This document shows positions 39,626-50,277 of a stretch of DNA of 64,000 bases, one piece after another. Location: assembly GCA_036785375.1 (NCBI GenBank), contig JAWMAR010000053.1, positions 4,588,001 to 4,652,000 on the forward strand. Reading direction: 5' to 3'. This stretch comes from Leucoraja ocellata. Lineage: Eukaryota. Made by a program: the position numbers and the translations under genes. The stretch's first letter is position 1. The number at the start of each line of letters is the position of its first letter. The notes under the pieces were generated by a model, which did no database searches, was not told where the DNA came from, and worked only from the letters and a program-made list of their open reading frames with translations.

Positions 39626-39916
39626 TACCTCCTAAGGCAGAACTGGACAGCAGATTACTTGGAGACATTATTACCATAAGGGCAGGATCAGACTTGGTGC
39701 TCGATGCTTTCATTGGTGGGAAACCTGACCCGAAGGTCTATTGGTCTAAAGGAAACAAAGAACTAGAACTTTGTGAGAAGATTTCTCTACAGTACACAAA
39801 CAAGCGAGCTGTTGCCATTATCAAGTTCTGTGACAGAAATGATACTGGAAAATATACACTAACTGTGAAAAATCCAAGTGGATCTAAGACTGTATCCGTA
39901 AATGTTAAAGTGCAAG
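39626..39916 (+). CDS. TTN: Titin exon, Ig (A149), 291 nt
   Basis: tacag|TACCT ... CAAG|gtatgt. Confidence 0.95.
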
Positions 39917-40023
39917 GTATGTTTTCTGTTATAAAATAGAAAAAAAAAATCACGTATGAAAGCATCAAGGTATAATATTGGCATTGTATGCATCCTAATT
40001 TTTATGTTCCAAACTCTATATAG

Positions 40024-40323
40024 ATTCACCAGGACCTTGTGATGGTTCACTTAACATCAGCAGATTAACTGAAGAGAAGTGTACTTTATCATGGAATATG
40101 CCAAAGGAAGATGGTGGAGCAGAGATTACACACTATATTGTAGAGAGACGAGAGACGAGCAGACTTAACTGGGTCATCGTTGAAGCTGAGTGCAAGGCTC
40201 TCTCCAGTGTTGTTACAAGACTTATAAAGAACAATGAATACATTTTTAGAGTAAGAGCAGTTAATAAGTATGGACCCGGTGTGCCATTGGAGTCTGTACC
40301 AGTCTTGGCCAGAAAATCATACA
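40024..40323 (+). CDS. TTN: Titin exon, Fn3 (A150), 300 nt
   Basis: tatag|ATTCA ... TACA|gtaagt; DSPGPC...ERRETSRLNWVIVE...LIKNNEY. Confidence 0.95.
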
Positions 40324-40440
40324 GTAAGTACAATGTAATAATTCTTTTTCATTTTCAAATTATTATTAATCTTGGTAATGATTATTAATGAATTAATTAA
40401 TTGATTGGTTGATTAATTGAAATCAATTTGTTTTAAACAG

Positions 40441-40746
40441 CTATTCCATCACCACCTGGTGAACCAGAGCTTGTTACAGTGGGAAAAGATCACATCATTA
40501 TCCAGTGGCTGAAACCTGAAACTGATGGTGGTGCGGAAATTAGTAATTATCTGGTAGATAAACGTGAAAAACGAAGTGTACGCTGGACTCGAGTCAACAA
40601 AGACGTTACTATTTATGATACTAGACTCAAGATAACAAATCTAATGGAGAGCTGTGAATACCAGTTCCGTGTCTCAGCAGTGAATGCCGCTGGTAACAGT
40701 GAGCCAAGTGAATCATCGCAATACATCCTGTGCAAAGACCCCACAT
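40441..40746 (+). CDS. TTN: Titin exon, Fn3 (A151), 306 nt
   Basis: aacag|CTATT ... ACAT|gtaagt. Confidence 0.95.
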
Positions 40747-40833
40747 GTAAGTGTCAGATTTTTATTTTATTGTAGTTTCTTGTTGTAATTCTGTAAATAA
40801 TTATGAACATAATATTTTTACATTATATTATAG

Positions 40834-41139
40834 ATACACCTGGAGCACCTTCAATACCAAGAGTTGTAGATACAACCAAACACAGTATCAGCTTAGCGTG
40901 GACAAGATCCATGTATGATGGTGGTTCTGATATTATTGGATACGTACTCGAAATGAAAGAGGAAAGTATGGAACAGTGGTATAGAGCACATACAAAAGAC
41001 ACCATAAGAAATACAGAATATACCATTACAGGTCTTACCACCGACAAGAAATACTATTTCAGAGTTGCGTCTGTCAACGTAAATGGAATCAGTGAATACA
41101 GCGAGTCATCTGCTGTAATTGAAGCTGTAGAAAGAATAG
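40834..41139 (+). CDS. TTN: Titin exon, Fn3 (A152), 306 nt
   Basis: tatag|ATACA ... ATAG|gtaagt. Confidence 0.95.
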
Positions 41140-41394
41140 GTAAGTTGTATTATAAAAACTATCTATAAATCTATATTGTTTTTTCTTTATTCACGCATTA
41201 CTGACAGTGCCTTTAATATTGGAATAAAATATGTATAGCTGCTACTTAAAATATGCTACTGTTTAATTGTGACTAGAAATGAATCTACTCCTAAGCATTT
41301 TATTCAATGTAAATTTTGAATAACACTTTGAATATTTTATTGTGGAAGACTGCAATGTGTTTTTATTCTCTATTTCATTATCTTATTTTTCTAG

Positions 41395-41676
41395 AAATAC
41401 CAGATCTTGAACTTGCAGATGATCTCAAAAAGACAGTTACTGTCAGAGCTGGTGGCTCACTCCGCTTAATGGTGTCAGTGTCAGGTCGACCAGCTCCGGT
41501 GTTAACCTGGAGTAAACCAAATGTTGACCTCTACAGTCATGCTTATATTGACACAACAGATTCTTACACACTGCTTGTAATTGACAAGGTGAATCGCTAT
41601 GATGCAGGCAAATACACCATTGAGGCTGAAAATCCTTCAGGCAAGAAGTCAGCTACTATAGTTGCCAAAGTATATG
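41395..41676 (+). CDS. TTN: Titin exon, Ig (A153, start of C11), 282 nt
   Basis: tctag|AAATA ... TATG|gtatgt; ADDLKKTVTVRAG. Confidence 0.95.
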
Positions 41677-41774
41677 GTATGTGAAACAAGATATTTTCAG
41701 TCTTTTTCATTATCATCTATTCCAAGACTTTGAAAAAGTAGCAAACATTTTTTAAATAACTTCTCTCTTCTCAG

Positions 41775-42368
41775 ATACGCCTGGCCCTCCTGGTGCTGTT
41801 AAAGTAAAGGAAGTCTCTAGAGATTCTGTAGTCATCACATGGGATGTTCCAATGGTTGATGGTGGAGCACCAGTCATCAATTACATCATTGAGAGACGGG
41901 AAGCTGCTATGAGAGCATTCAAAACTGTGACAATTAAATGCAGCAAGACCATTTATAGAATAACTGGACTTACTGAGGGTACAATGTATTATTTTAGAGT
42001 CTCACCAGAGAATATCTATGGTGTCGGTGAGCCATGTGAAACCGCAGATGCAGTCCTTGTTTCAGAAGTTCCAATGGTCCCGCAGAAATTGGATGCAATT
42101 GATGTCACAAAATCCACAGTCACACTAGCCTGGGAAAAACCACTGCACGATGGAGGATGCAGACTGACTGGTTATGTTATTGAAGCATGCAAAGCTGGCA
42201 CAGAAAGGTGGATGAAAGTTGCAACTCTAAAGCACACAGTATTTGAGCATACCATAATCTCGCTGAATGAGTCTGAACAGTATATGTTCAGAGTCAGGGC
42301 CCAGAATGACAAAGGTGTCAGTGAACCAAGAGAGACTGTAACTGCTGTCATTGTGCAAGATCTAAAAG
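41775..42368 (+). CDS. TTN: Titin exon, two Fn3 (A154-A155), 594 nt
   Basis: ctcag|ATACG ... AAAG|gtatgt. Confidence 0.95.
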
Positions 42369-42490
42369 GTATGTGCTGCTTTAAATTGAATTTTGGTGTT
42401 TACATATGTTCTCATGTTGATATGAAATTGTACATGATGAATGCAATAATAATACATAAATATCTTATTCTTGTGCTTATTTTCCAACAG

Positions 42491-42778
42491 TGATACCAAA
42501 GATTGATTTGGCAGGCATACCTCAAAGGACAGTCAACGTACATGCTGGAAGGCCTATTGAATTATCTATTCCAATTAGTGGACGTCCACCTCCTGCTGCA
42601 ACATGGTACTATGAAGGTACTAAACTGAAAGAAAGTGATCGCACCAAAATAGAAAGAACTGCAAAGATGACCACTCTTACTGTGCGTGAAACCACCATAG
42701 ATGATACTGGTGACTATACACTTGAACTGAAAAATGTTGCCGGAACTACGACTGAATCCATCAAAGTGATCATTCTTG
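42491..42778 (+). CDS. TTN: Titin exon, Ig (A156), 288 nt
   Basis: aacag|TGATA ... CTTG|gtaagt. Confidence 0.95.
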
Positions 42779-42881
42779 GTAAGTTTTTCTTCCAAATTCT
42801 ATTTTTTAAATCTTAAACAGCTGCCCATTGTCGTGTGTAATATTTTTTGAATCCTTGTTAAATGTATCAATTAATTTATAG

Positions 42882-43181
42882 ATAAACCAGGACCATCCAG
42901 AGGCTCAATTAAAATTGATGAAATTGATGCCACCACTGTCACCATCAGTTGGGAACCACCAGAGAAAGATGGAGGTGCTGCCATCAGCGGTTATGTTGTG
43001 GAACAACGTGATGCTCATCGCCCAGGATGGCTGCCTGTGTCTGAATCCGTTACCAGGAACACATTCAAATTTACAAGATTAACTGAAGGCACTGAATATG
43101 TATTCCGTGTCGCTGCCACAAACCGTTTTGGTATTGGGTCATTCGTACAGTCTAGCATTGTGGAGTGCAAGAGTGCCATTA
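42882..43181 (+). CDS. TTN: Titin exon, Fn3 (A157), 300 nt
   Basis: tatag|ATAAA ... ATTA|gtaagt. Confidence 0.95.
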
Positions 43182-43484
43182 GTAAGTGCAAAATTGGCGA
43201 TGATTAGAGATGCCAGGATATTAAACAATGGATTTCTTGTTGTAAAGATTGATCATAATGCTCATCCATTAACTTTTATAATGAATAACTATTTCAGTGA
43301 TGATGAATTAATGAACCAGTATTGATATTTAAATATTAAATAAATGGTTTGAAAACAATAGAATATTAGAATTTTTAGAATCATTAATGTTCAGTAATAA
43401 TTAAAATATATATTTTATAAATATTTCTTTAGGAATCACTGGGTGATAATCTTTCTACAAACCTAATTTCTCTTTTCCCTGCAG

Positions 43485-43787
43485 ATGTGGCTGACTCCAC
43501 TGGTACTCCCCATGTATTTGATGTATCCCGTGATGGTATGACACTTTCCTGGGAGCCACCAATCGAAGATGGTGGTTCACCAATTTCTGGTTACATCATT
43601 GAACGCAAGGAGGTCAGGTCTGAGCGATGGGTGAGAGTTAACAAAGTGCTTGTGACAATGACAAGGTACCGCTCCACTGGCCTTATAGAAGGATTAGAAT
43701 ATGAACATCGTGTGACAGCTGTGAATGCTAGAGGGACCAGCAAACCAAGCAGACCTTCCAAATCTGCAGTTGCCATGGACCCGATAG
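43485..43787 (+). CDS. TTN: Titin exon, Fn3 (A158), 303 nt
   Basis: tgcag|ATGTG ... ATAG|gtaacg; FDVSRDGMTL...YRSTGLIEGLEYEHRV. Confidence 0.93.
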
Positions 43788-44454
43788 GTAACGTATCAAT
43801 TCAAATTACAATGTCAGTACAAAGATAGAGGTGCCACCAAAAATCAATTGTTTAGACTTTATTTCATGATTCTCTCTTCCATTTAGTTTCTTAAATATTA
43901 ATAATTTCCTGTAGATAATAGTAATGCAAAATGTTTAAATGAGTTGCTTTTATTTTCTGGTGCCGAGGTGGACGCGCAACTGTAGAGTGCTGCATTTTCC
44001 ACCGTGATAGGAACATTTTGTTAATGTGATGGGAATAATGTCTGAAAACCACAGTGTCTGGATTAACTGCACATCTCTGGTAAAATTGTTTGAGGTAGTA
44101 AAAATGTCAGATGATATATGTTTGCTGTGTAAGTGCTGTAATCTGACTGTGGAGAATCTCAAAACATATTCATGAAGAATCCCCACGTGCGCTTCCAATT
44201 GAATAGCTGGTAAGAAACAGATCCCGCTCTGATTTTATTTTCATGAGCCAAAAATATATGAACCTACATGTATGGTCAATTACAAGCTTAACTTAAATTA
44301 CCTAACATAAACCATGTGTCAAACTTTGACATTCCAGTTGCCTCAGTTGTACTCTATTTCAAATCATTGAGCATCATTTGGAAAAGTATTTTCAATATGC
44401 TATTTACATCAAAATTTCAATTTCAATGACTAATGACATTTACTGTTTCTGTAG

Positions 44455-44757
44455 ATCCACCTGGAAAACCACAAAATCCAAGAGTTACGGACACATCCAG
44501 AACATCCATTTCTGTTGCTTGGAGTCCACCAGAAGAGGAAGGTGGTTCGAAGGTCACAGGCTACCTTATTGAGATGCAGAAAGTTGACCAGTTTGAATGG
44601 ACTAAGTGCAACACTACTCCAACAAAGATCTGTGAATACACCCTGACTCACATGCCACAGGGTGCCGAGTATAGGTTCCGTGTTATGGCAGTTAATGCTG
44701 GTGGTCCTGGTGAGCCAGCTGATATGCCAGGAACTGTTAAGGTCACTGAAATGCTCG
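44455..44757 (+). CDS. TTN: Titin exon, Fn3 (A159), 303 nt
   Basis: tgtag|ATCCA ... CTCG|gtgagg; DPPGKPQNPRVTDTSRT. Confidence 0.95.
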
Positions 44758-45122
44758 GTGAGGAATTTTGACATTCTTATGTTTTGTGTTCAGCTAAGTG
44801 TGTTGAATTATACAGGTGAATTCACATTTGTCAGCTAGCCATTAAAATGAAACAAAACCTCCATCTTTTGAAGCATTTTTATGCTCTGTTAGACCATCAG
44901 CTAATCCTCAGGCACTCAGTGATGAAAGAAGAAATGGGACCCATATTTTTACCGCAAAATTTACATGCTGATTAGGCTATTTCAATTTTTGTTTTCAACC
45001 CATATTGAAATTTTGGAGTATTATGTTTTGTTCTTTTGTAAATGTGTACCTAGCCATTGGATGACACTAATGGATTATTTGCTTGCTTTTTAATATAACA
45101 CTTGATTTTTATTTTCTTACAG

Positions 45123-45707
45123 AGTATCCTGATTATGAACTTGACCATCAATACCTTGAAGGCCTGATTGTTAGACAAGGTGGAGCAATCAAACTAACAG
45201 TACCCATTAAAGGCAAACCTATTCCTGTCTGCAAGTGGACAAAGGAAGGCCGTGATATCAGTATGCGTGCAATGATTGCAACTTCTGAGACTCACACCGA
45301 ACTTGTGATAAAAGAATCAGTCAGAGAAGATTCAGGCACATATGACCTTGTTCTTGAAAACAAGTGTGGCAAAAAGACAGTTTACATTAAGGTGAAGGTG
45401 ATTGGCAATCCAGATCCTCCACAAGGTCCACTTGAATTTGATGATATTCAAGCTCGTTCTGTCAGAGTAAGCTGGCGATCATCTGTTGAAGATGGTGGAT
45501 CTGATATCATTGGATATATTGTTGAGAGACGTGAAGTATCCAAAACTGCCTGGTACACTGTTGATTCTAGAGTAAAGGACACTGCCATTGTTGTCAAAGG
45601 CTTGAAAGAAAATGTGGAATACCACTTCCGAGTTTCTGCTGAAAATCAATTCGGCATTAGCAAATCTTTGAAATCAGAAGAATCAGTTGTACCAAAGACA
45701 CCACTAT
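45123..45707 (+). CDS. TTN: Titin exon, Ig+Fn3 (A160-A161), 585 nt
   Basis: tacag|AGTAT ... CTAT|gtaagt. Confidence 0.95.
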
Positions 45708-45807
45708 GTAAGTTGAATATTGTTCATTGTCATCTTAATGTCATCTTATCTTTTGAATGTATTTATTTTTTGTGCGTGGTTGTCACTATTCACTACTGTC
45801 ACTCTAG

Positions 45808-46113
45808 ATCCACCGGAGCCTCCAAGCAACCCTCCAGAAATACTGGATGTCACCAAGAGTTCTGTCACCCTGTGCTGGTCAAGGCCAAAGGATGACGGTG
45901 GATCACGTGTTACTGGATATTTTATCGATCGCAAAGAGTCTACCACAGATAAATGGGTGCGACAAAACAAGACTCACATCACCACTACAATGTACACTGT
46001 TTCTGGGCTTATTCCAGATGCTGAATATCAGTTCCGTATTTTGGCACAGAATGACATTGGTCTTGGTGAGCCAAGCCCACCTTCTGATGTCGTTCAATGC
46101 AAGGATCCTTTTG
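45808..46113 (+). CDS. TTN: Titin exon, Fn3 (A162), 306 nt
   Basis: tctag|ATCCA ... TTTG|gtatgt. Confidence 0.95.
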
Positions 46114-46225
46114 GTATGTTTCATTCAATCTCTATTAATATGCTACATCAATATGAAATTTATGATGATGTGACTTCAGATATGACACAATTACTCGATT
46201 TTAACAAGTAAATACATTTCCACAG

Positions 46226-46525
46226 ATAAACCAAGCCAACCTGGAGAGATTGAAGTTACATCTGTCACAAAAGATAGCATCGCCATTCAGTGGGACCGTC
46301 CAGAGTGTGATGGTGGCAAGGAAATTATTGGTTACTGGGTTGAGTATCGTCAGTCCGGTGATAGTGCTTGGAAAAAATGCAGTAAGGAACGAATGAAGGA
46401 TAGGCAGTTTATCCAAGGTGGTCTTCTGGAAGCCACGGAATATGAATTCAGAGTCTTTGCAGAGAATGAGACGGGAATCAGCCGGCCTCGCAGAACTGTT
46501 ATTGCAATCAAGACTAAATTGACAT
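46226..46525 (+). CDS. TTN: Titin exon, Fn3 (A163), 300 nt; absent from the ORF track
   Basis: cacag|ATAAA ... ACAT|gtgtgt; DKPSQPGEIEVTSVTKDSIAIQWDRPECDGGKEIIGYWVEY. Confidence 0.9.
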
Positions 46526-46617
46526 GTGTGTATTTTTTTAATATTTTATTTTAAATAATATAATTTTTGTGTTATATAATGGCTTTAGCTAATTTGTCTC
46601 CTCTTCTTTGTCAACAG

Positions 46618-47193
46618 CGGGAGAAGTACCAACAGTTAAAGAAGAAATCACTGAAGTTGTTGCCAAGCTAGGTGAACCAGCAAAACTGGCTTGCCAGATC
46701 ATTGGTAGACCGCTTCCAGAAATTAAGTGGTACCATTATGGAAAGGAATTGCGACAAAGCCGCAAGTATAAGATGAGTTCAGACGGGCGTAATCATTCTA
46801 TCACTATTGTAACAGACGATCAAGATGATGAAGGTCTCTATCTCTGTAAAGCTACGAATGATACTGGTGAAATCGAGATCAGCGGCAATGTATTGCTTGA
46901 GGCTGCTCCACATTTCCATCCCTCTTATCCACAAAAAGAGCTCTATGTTGTAACCGTTGGTGCAAGTCTTCGTATCCATGTTGTATACATTGGCCGTCCA
47001 GTGCCTGCTATTCGCTGGTTCCATGAAAAGAAACTCTTGTCAGATTCAGATAATATATCAATAGAGAACACAGAGCATTACACTCATCTTGTAGTGAGAA
47101 ATATTCATCGAAAGAATCATGTTGGAAAATACAGAGTGCAACTCAGCAATTCATTTGGAACAATCGATAAAACATTTAACGTAGAAATCCAAG
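46618..47193 (+). CDS. TTN: Titin exon, two Ig (A164-A165, P-zone), 576 nt
   Basis: aacag|CGGGA ... CAAG|gtaatg. Confidence 0.95.
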
Positions 47194-47287
47194 GTAATGA
47201 TTTTCAATTGTGTACGTATGCATAAATTACATTACAATGAATGTTGATGATAATGAAAAGCCTAAAACCATCTATGTTTCCATACAG

Positions 47288-47593
47288 ATAAGCCAGATAT
47301 GCCAGAAGGACCAATATCAATTGATGCATTGCTGAAAAATTCTATAGTAATCAGTTGGAAGCCACCACTTGATGACGGAGGTGCTATAATTACCAACTAC
47401 ATTGTAGAAAAACGTGAAGCCAAGGAAGATGCACAATGGCAGCTGGTATCTTCTTCTATTGCTGGCACAACTTGTAGGATTGCACACCTCATCGACAATG
47501 CTGGCTACTACTTCCGTGTCTCTGCTCAAAATCAGTTTGGTGTCAGTAAACCATTGGAAGTTTCCTCCGTTGTCATCATCAAGAGTCAATTTG
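47288..47593 (+). CDS. TTN: Titin exon, Fn3 (A166), 306 nt
   Basis: tacag|ATAAG ... TTTG|gtaagt. Confidence 0.95.
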
Positions 47594-47682
47594 GTAAGTA
47601 TCTACATAAATGAATTTGTTGTTTGTCTATTAACATGTTACAGCCTAAATATTAAAATATCTCACTTCACTTCTGTCTACAG

Positions 47683-48276
47683 AGAAGCCAGGAAATCCAG
47701 CCAAACCTATAGTAGCTGCTGTCACAAAGGATTCGTGTGTGGTTTCATGGAAGCCGCCTGCCAGTGATGGTGGTGCAAAGATCAGAAATTATTACCTTGA
47801 AAAACGAGAGAAAAAGCAGAATAAATGGATCGCTGTAACAACTGATGAAATACATGAAACAGCTATCAGTGTGAAAGGCCTCATTGAAGGCATGGAGTAT
47901 GAGTTCCGTGTTAAATGTGAAAACCTTGGTGGTGAGAGTGATTGGAGTGAAATATCCGATCCTGTTATTCCAATGTGCGATATACCAATCAAGGCACCAA
48001 TGTTTAAAGAAGAAATACGCAATTTGAGTGTGAAATATAAGGGCAATGCCACATTTGTATGCAAGGTTATTGGTCATCCTAAACCTGTTGTGAAATGGTT
48101 TAAACAGGGAAGAGAAATTGAACCTGATGGTGAAAAGGTAAAGATCCAGGAATTTAAGGGAGGCTACTATCAACTGGTAATTACTGGCGTCACAGGAGAA
48201 GATGCAACCGTATATCAAGTCAGAGCAATCAATCAAGGAGGTTCCATCTCATCAACAGTATCTTTAGATGTTGATG
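47683..48276 (+). CDS. TTN: Titin exon, Fn3+Ig (A167-A168), 594 nt
   Basis: tacag|AGAAG ... GATG|gtatgt. Confidence 0.95.
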
Positions 48277-48344
48277 GTATGTATCATATAAAAATTATGT
48301 TAAAATTGTGTCATATTTCTGAATACATCTGGGATGTGATTAAA

Positions 48345-48968
48345 TTCATAGAGCATGGAAACAGACCATTCAGCCCACCCTGTCCATGCAGACCAAATTA
48401 GTCCCACTATCCTGCATTTGGCCCATAGCCCACTAAACCTTTCCTATCTATCCAAATGTCTTTTAAATGTTATAATTGTAACCAATTCTTTAGCTTCCTC
48501 TGACTGCTCATTCCAGATACGGACCACTCTCTGAGTGAATATGTTGCCCATGAGGAGCTTCTTAAATCACTCACCTCTCACCTGAACCCAATGCCCTCTT
48601 CTTTTAGAAAGCTCCACCCTGGCGAAAAAAAGTGTGATTCACTTTATTCATGCCCCTCATGATCTTGACCACCTCAATAAGGACATCCCTTAACCTCCTT
48701 TGTGCCAAAGAAAAATGTCACAGTCTATCTAACTTCACCCAATAACTCAAGCCCACAAGCCAAGTATCGTCCTTGTGAATCTCTTCTGCACCCTTTCTAA
48801 CTCAATTTACATCCTTCCTATAGCTGGGTGAGCTGCATGTAGTACCTCAAATGTGGTCTCACCAATGACTTGTACAACTGCACCATGATGTGCCAACGTT
48901 TGTACTTAATAATGTTCCAAATGAAGGCAAGTGTGCCAAATACCTTCTTTACCACACTGCCCTCCTGA
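48345..48968 (-). mobile_element. Degraded CR1 LINE 3' portion, antisense
   Basis: Begins catagagcatggaaacag (reverse of a CR1 tail); reverse strand gives LVRPHL- and DVLIEV-like ORF2 remnants. Confidence 0.8.
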
Positions 48969-49199
48969 TCAACCAAGCACCTGTAATTAGTCTAAGAAGT
49001 TATGCAAAATTATCATTGTGAAACAGCGGTCCCAGTGGCATATTCAGTTTGGAACCCCCGTGTTTCTCCCGCACCTGCAAATTTCCCTCCTCCGGATTTG
49101 CAACTCTTCAAACCTGTCTCACGCGTCTACCTTCCTTTCTTATCTTTGTTCCAACCAGCCTCCTATGAAATTCCCCCTCCTTCACCTGGGCATACAGGC

Positions 49200-49357
49200 T
49201 GTATGGTCATGAGAGGTCTCCTATGGTCGTGAGAAGTCTCCAAAGAGTCGTAGCGTCTTTCTGGTCACCGCTGAATTTTCAACATGTTGAAAATTTCGGC
49301 GACCTAGGACGGGTGCCGGCAGTCGCCTGTAAAGGTCCTGTAAGTGGGACAGGCCCT
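49200..49357. mobile_element. Fragment of a non-autonomous DNA transposon (PIF/Harbinger-like end)
   Basis: Terminal aagtgggacaggccct followed by tta; CpG-rich internal gtcgcc/gtcacc motifs; partner TIR not found, so left boundary is uncertain. Confidence 0.5.
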
Positions 49358-49599
49358 TTAACCAGCATCTGCAGTTCTTTGTTTCCTTGTATGTGAATAC
49401 TTGGCCAATAAACTTACTTACTTACTTACTTGTTTCCACATTTTAAAAGTTGCCTGGTTTTGTTTTTCATTCTTCTTTTATATCAAAGTCAATTAAGGAA
49501 AATATCATGTGGGGTATAAAGTGGGCTGTTAATTCACTACTCCCAGTTTTGTTCTGCTTTCCAAGACCAATTTCAAACTCATTAACTTTCAGTAACTCA

Positions 49600-50217
49600 G
49601 TAACCCAGGTATTTTCCCCTGCAACCGCAGGAGATCTCCCTTTACCTGCCCCTCGAATTCATCCAATGACCCCGACAGTCTTTTCAGGTGAGGCAGAGGT
49701 TCACCTGCTCCTCCTCCAACCTCATCTACTGTATCCCACTGTTCAAGGTGTCAACTCCTGTACATCGTTGAGACCAAGTGCAGGCTCGCTGATTGTTTCG
49801 CTGAACACCTCCACTCAGTATGCCTTAACCTACCCGATCTCACGGTTGCTCAGCACTTTAACTCCCCCTCCCATTCCCAATCTGACCTTTCTGTTGTGGG
49901 CCTCCTCCATTGTCAGAGTGAGGCCCAGCGCAAATTGGAGGAACAGCACCTCATATTTTGCTTGGGTAGTTTACACCCCAGTGGACTTCTCTAACTTCAT
50001 TCCATCCCCTCCCCCTTCCCAGTTCTCCCACCAGTCTTACTGCCTCTGACTTCATTCTATCTGTCCCGCCCACTCCCCTGACATCAGTCTGGAGAAGGGT
50101 CTCAATCCGAAACATCACCTTCCTTCTCTCCAGAAATGCTGCCTGTCCCATGCTGATTTACTCCAGCATGTTGTGTCTACCTTTGATTTAAACCAGCATC
50201 TGCAGTTCTTTCCTACT
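49600..50217 (+). mobile_element. Penelope-like retroelement 3' fragment (GIY-YIG endonuclease remnant plus terminal repeat)
   Basis: Translates with one frameshift to FQVRQRFTCSSSNLIYCI/HCSRCQLLYIVETK...FAEHL...VAQHFNSPSH...RKLEEQHLIF; ends aaccagcatctgcagttcttt, also seen at 49360-49381. Confidence 0.85.
50080..50120 (+). ncRNA. Degenerate minimal hammerhead ribozyme motif of the Penelope element
   Basis: ctggaga-agggtctcaatcc-gaaac-atc versus the hammerhead core CUGANGA-stem II-GAAA-NUH; core A6 is replaced by G. Confidence 0.55.
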
Positions 50218-50277
50218 CATTAACTTTTACATTCACTTGCCTTTAAGTATTTATAACCTTTTTTTGTTTGTTTCTAG

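Noticed and set aside
49450-50049. 199-aa ORF in the intron before the kinase exon
   Set aside because: Off-frame reading of the decayed Penelope endonuclease fragment.
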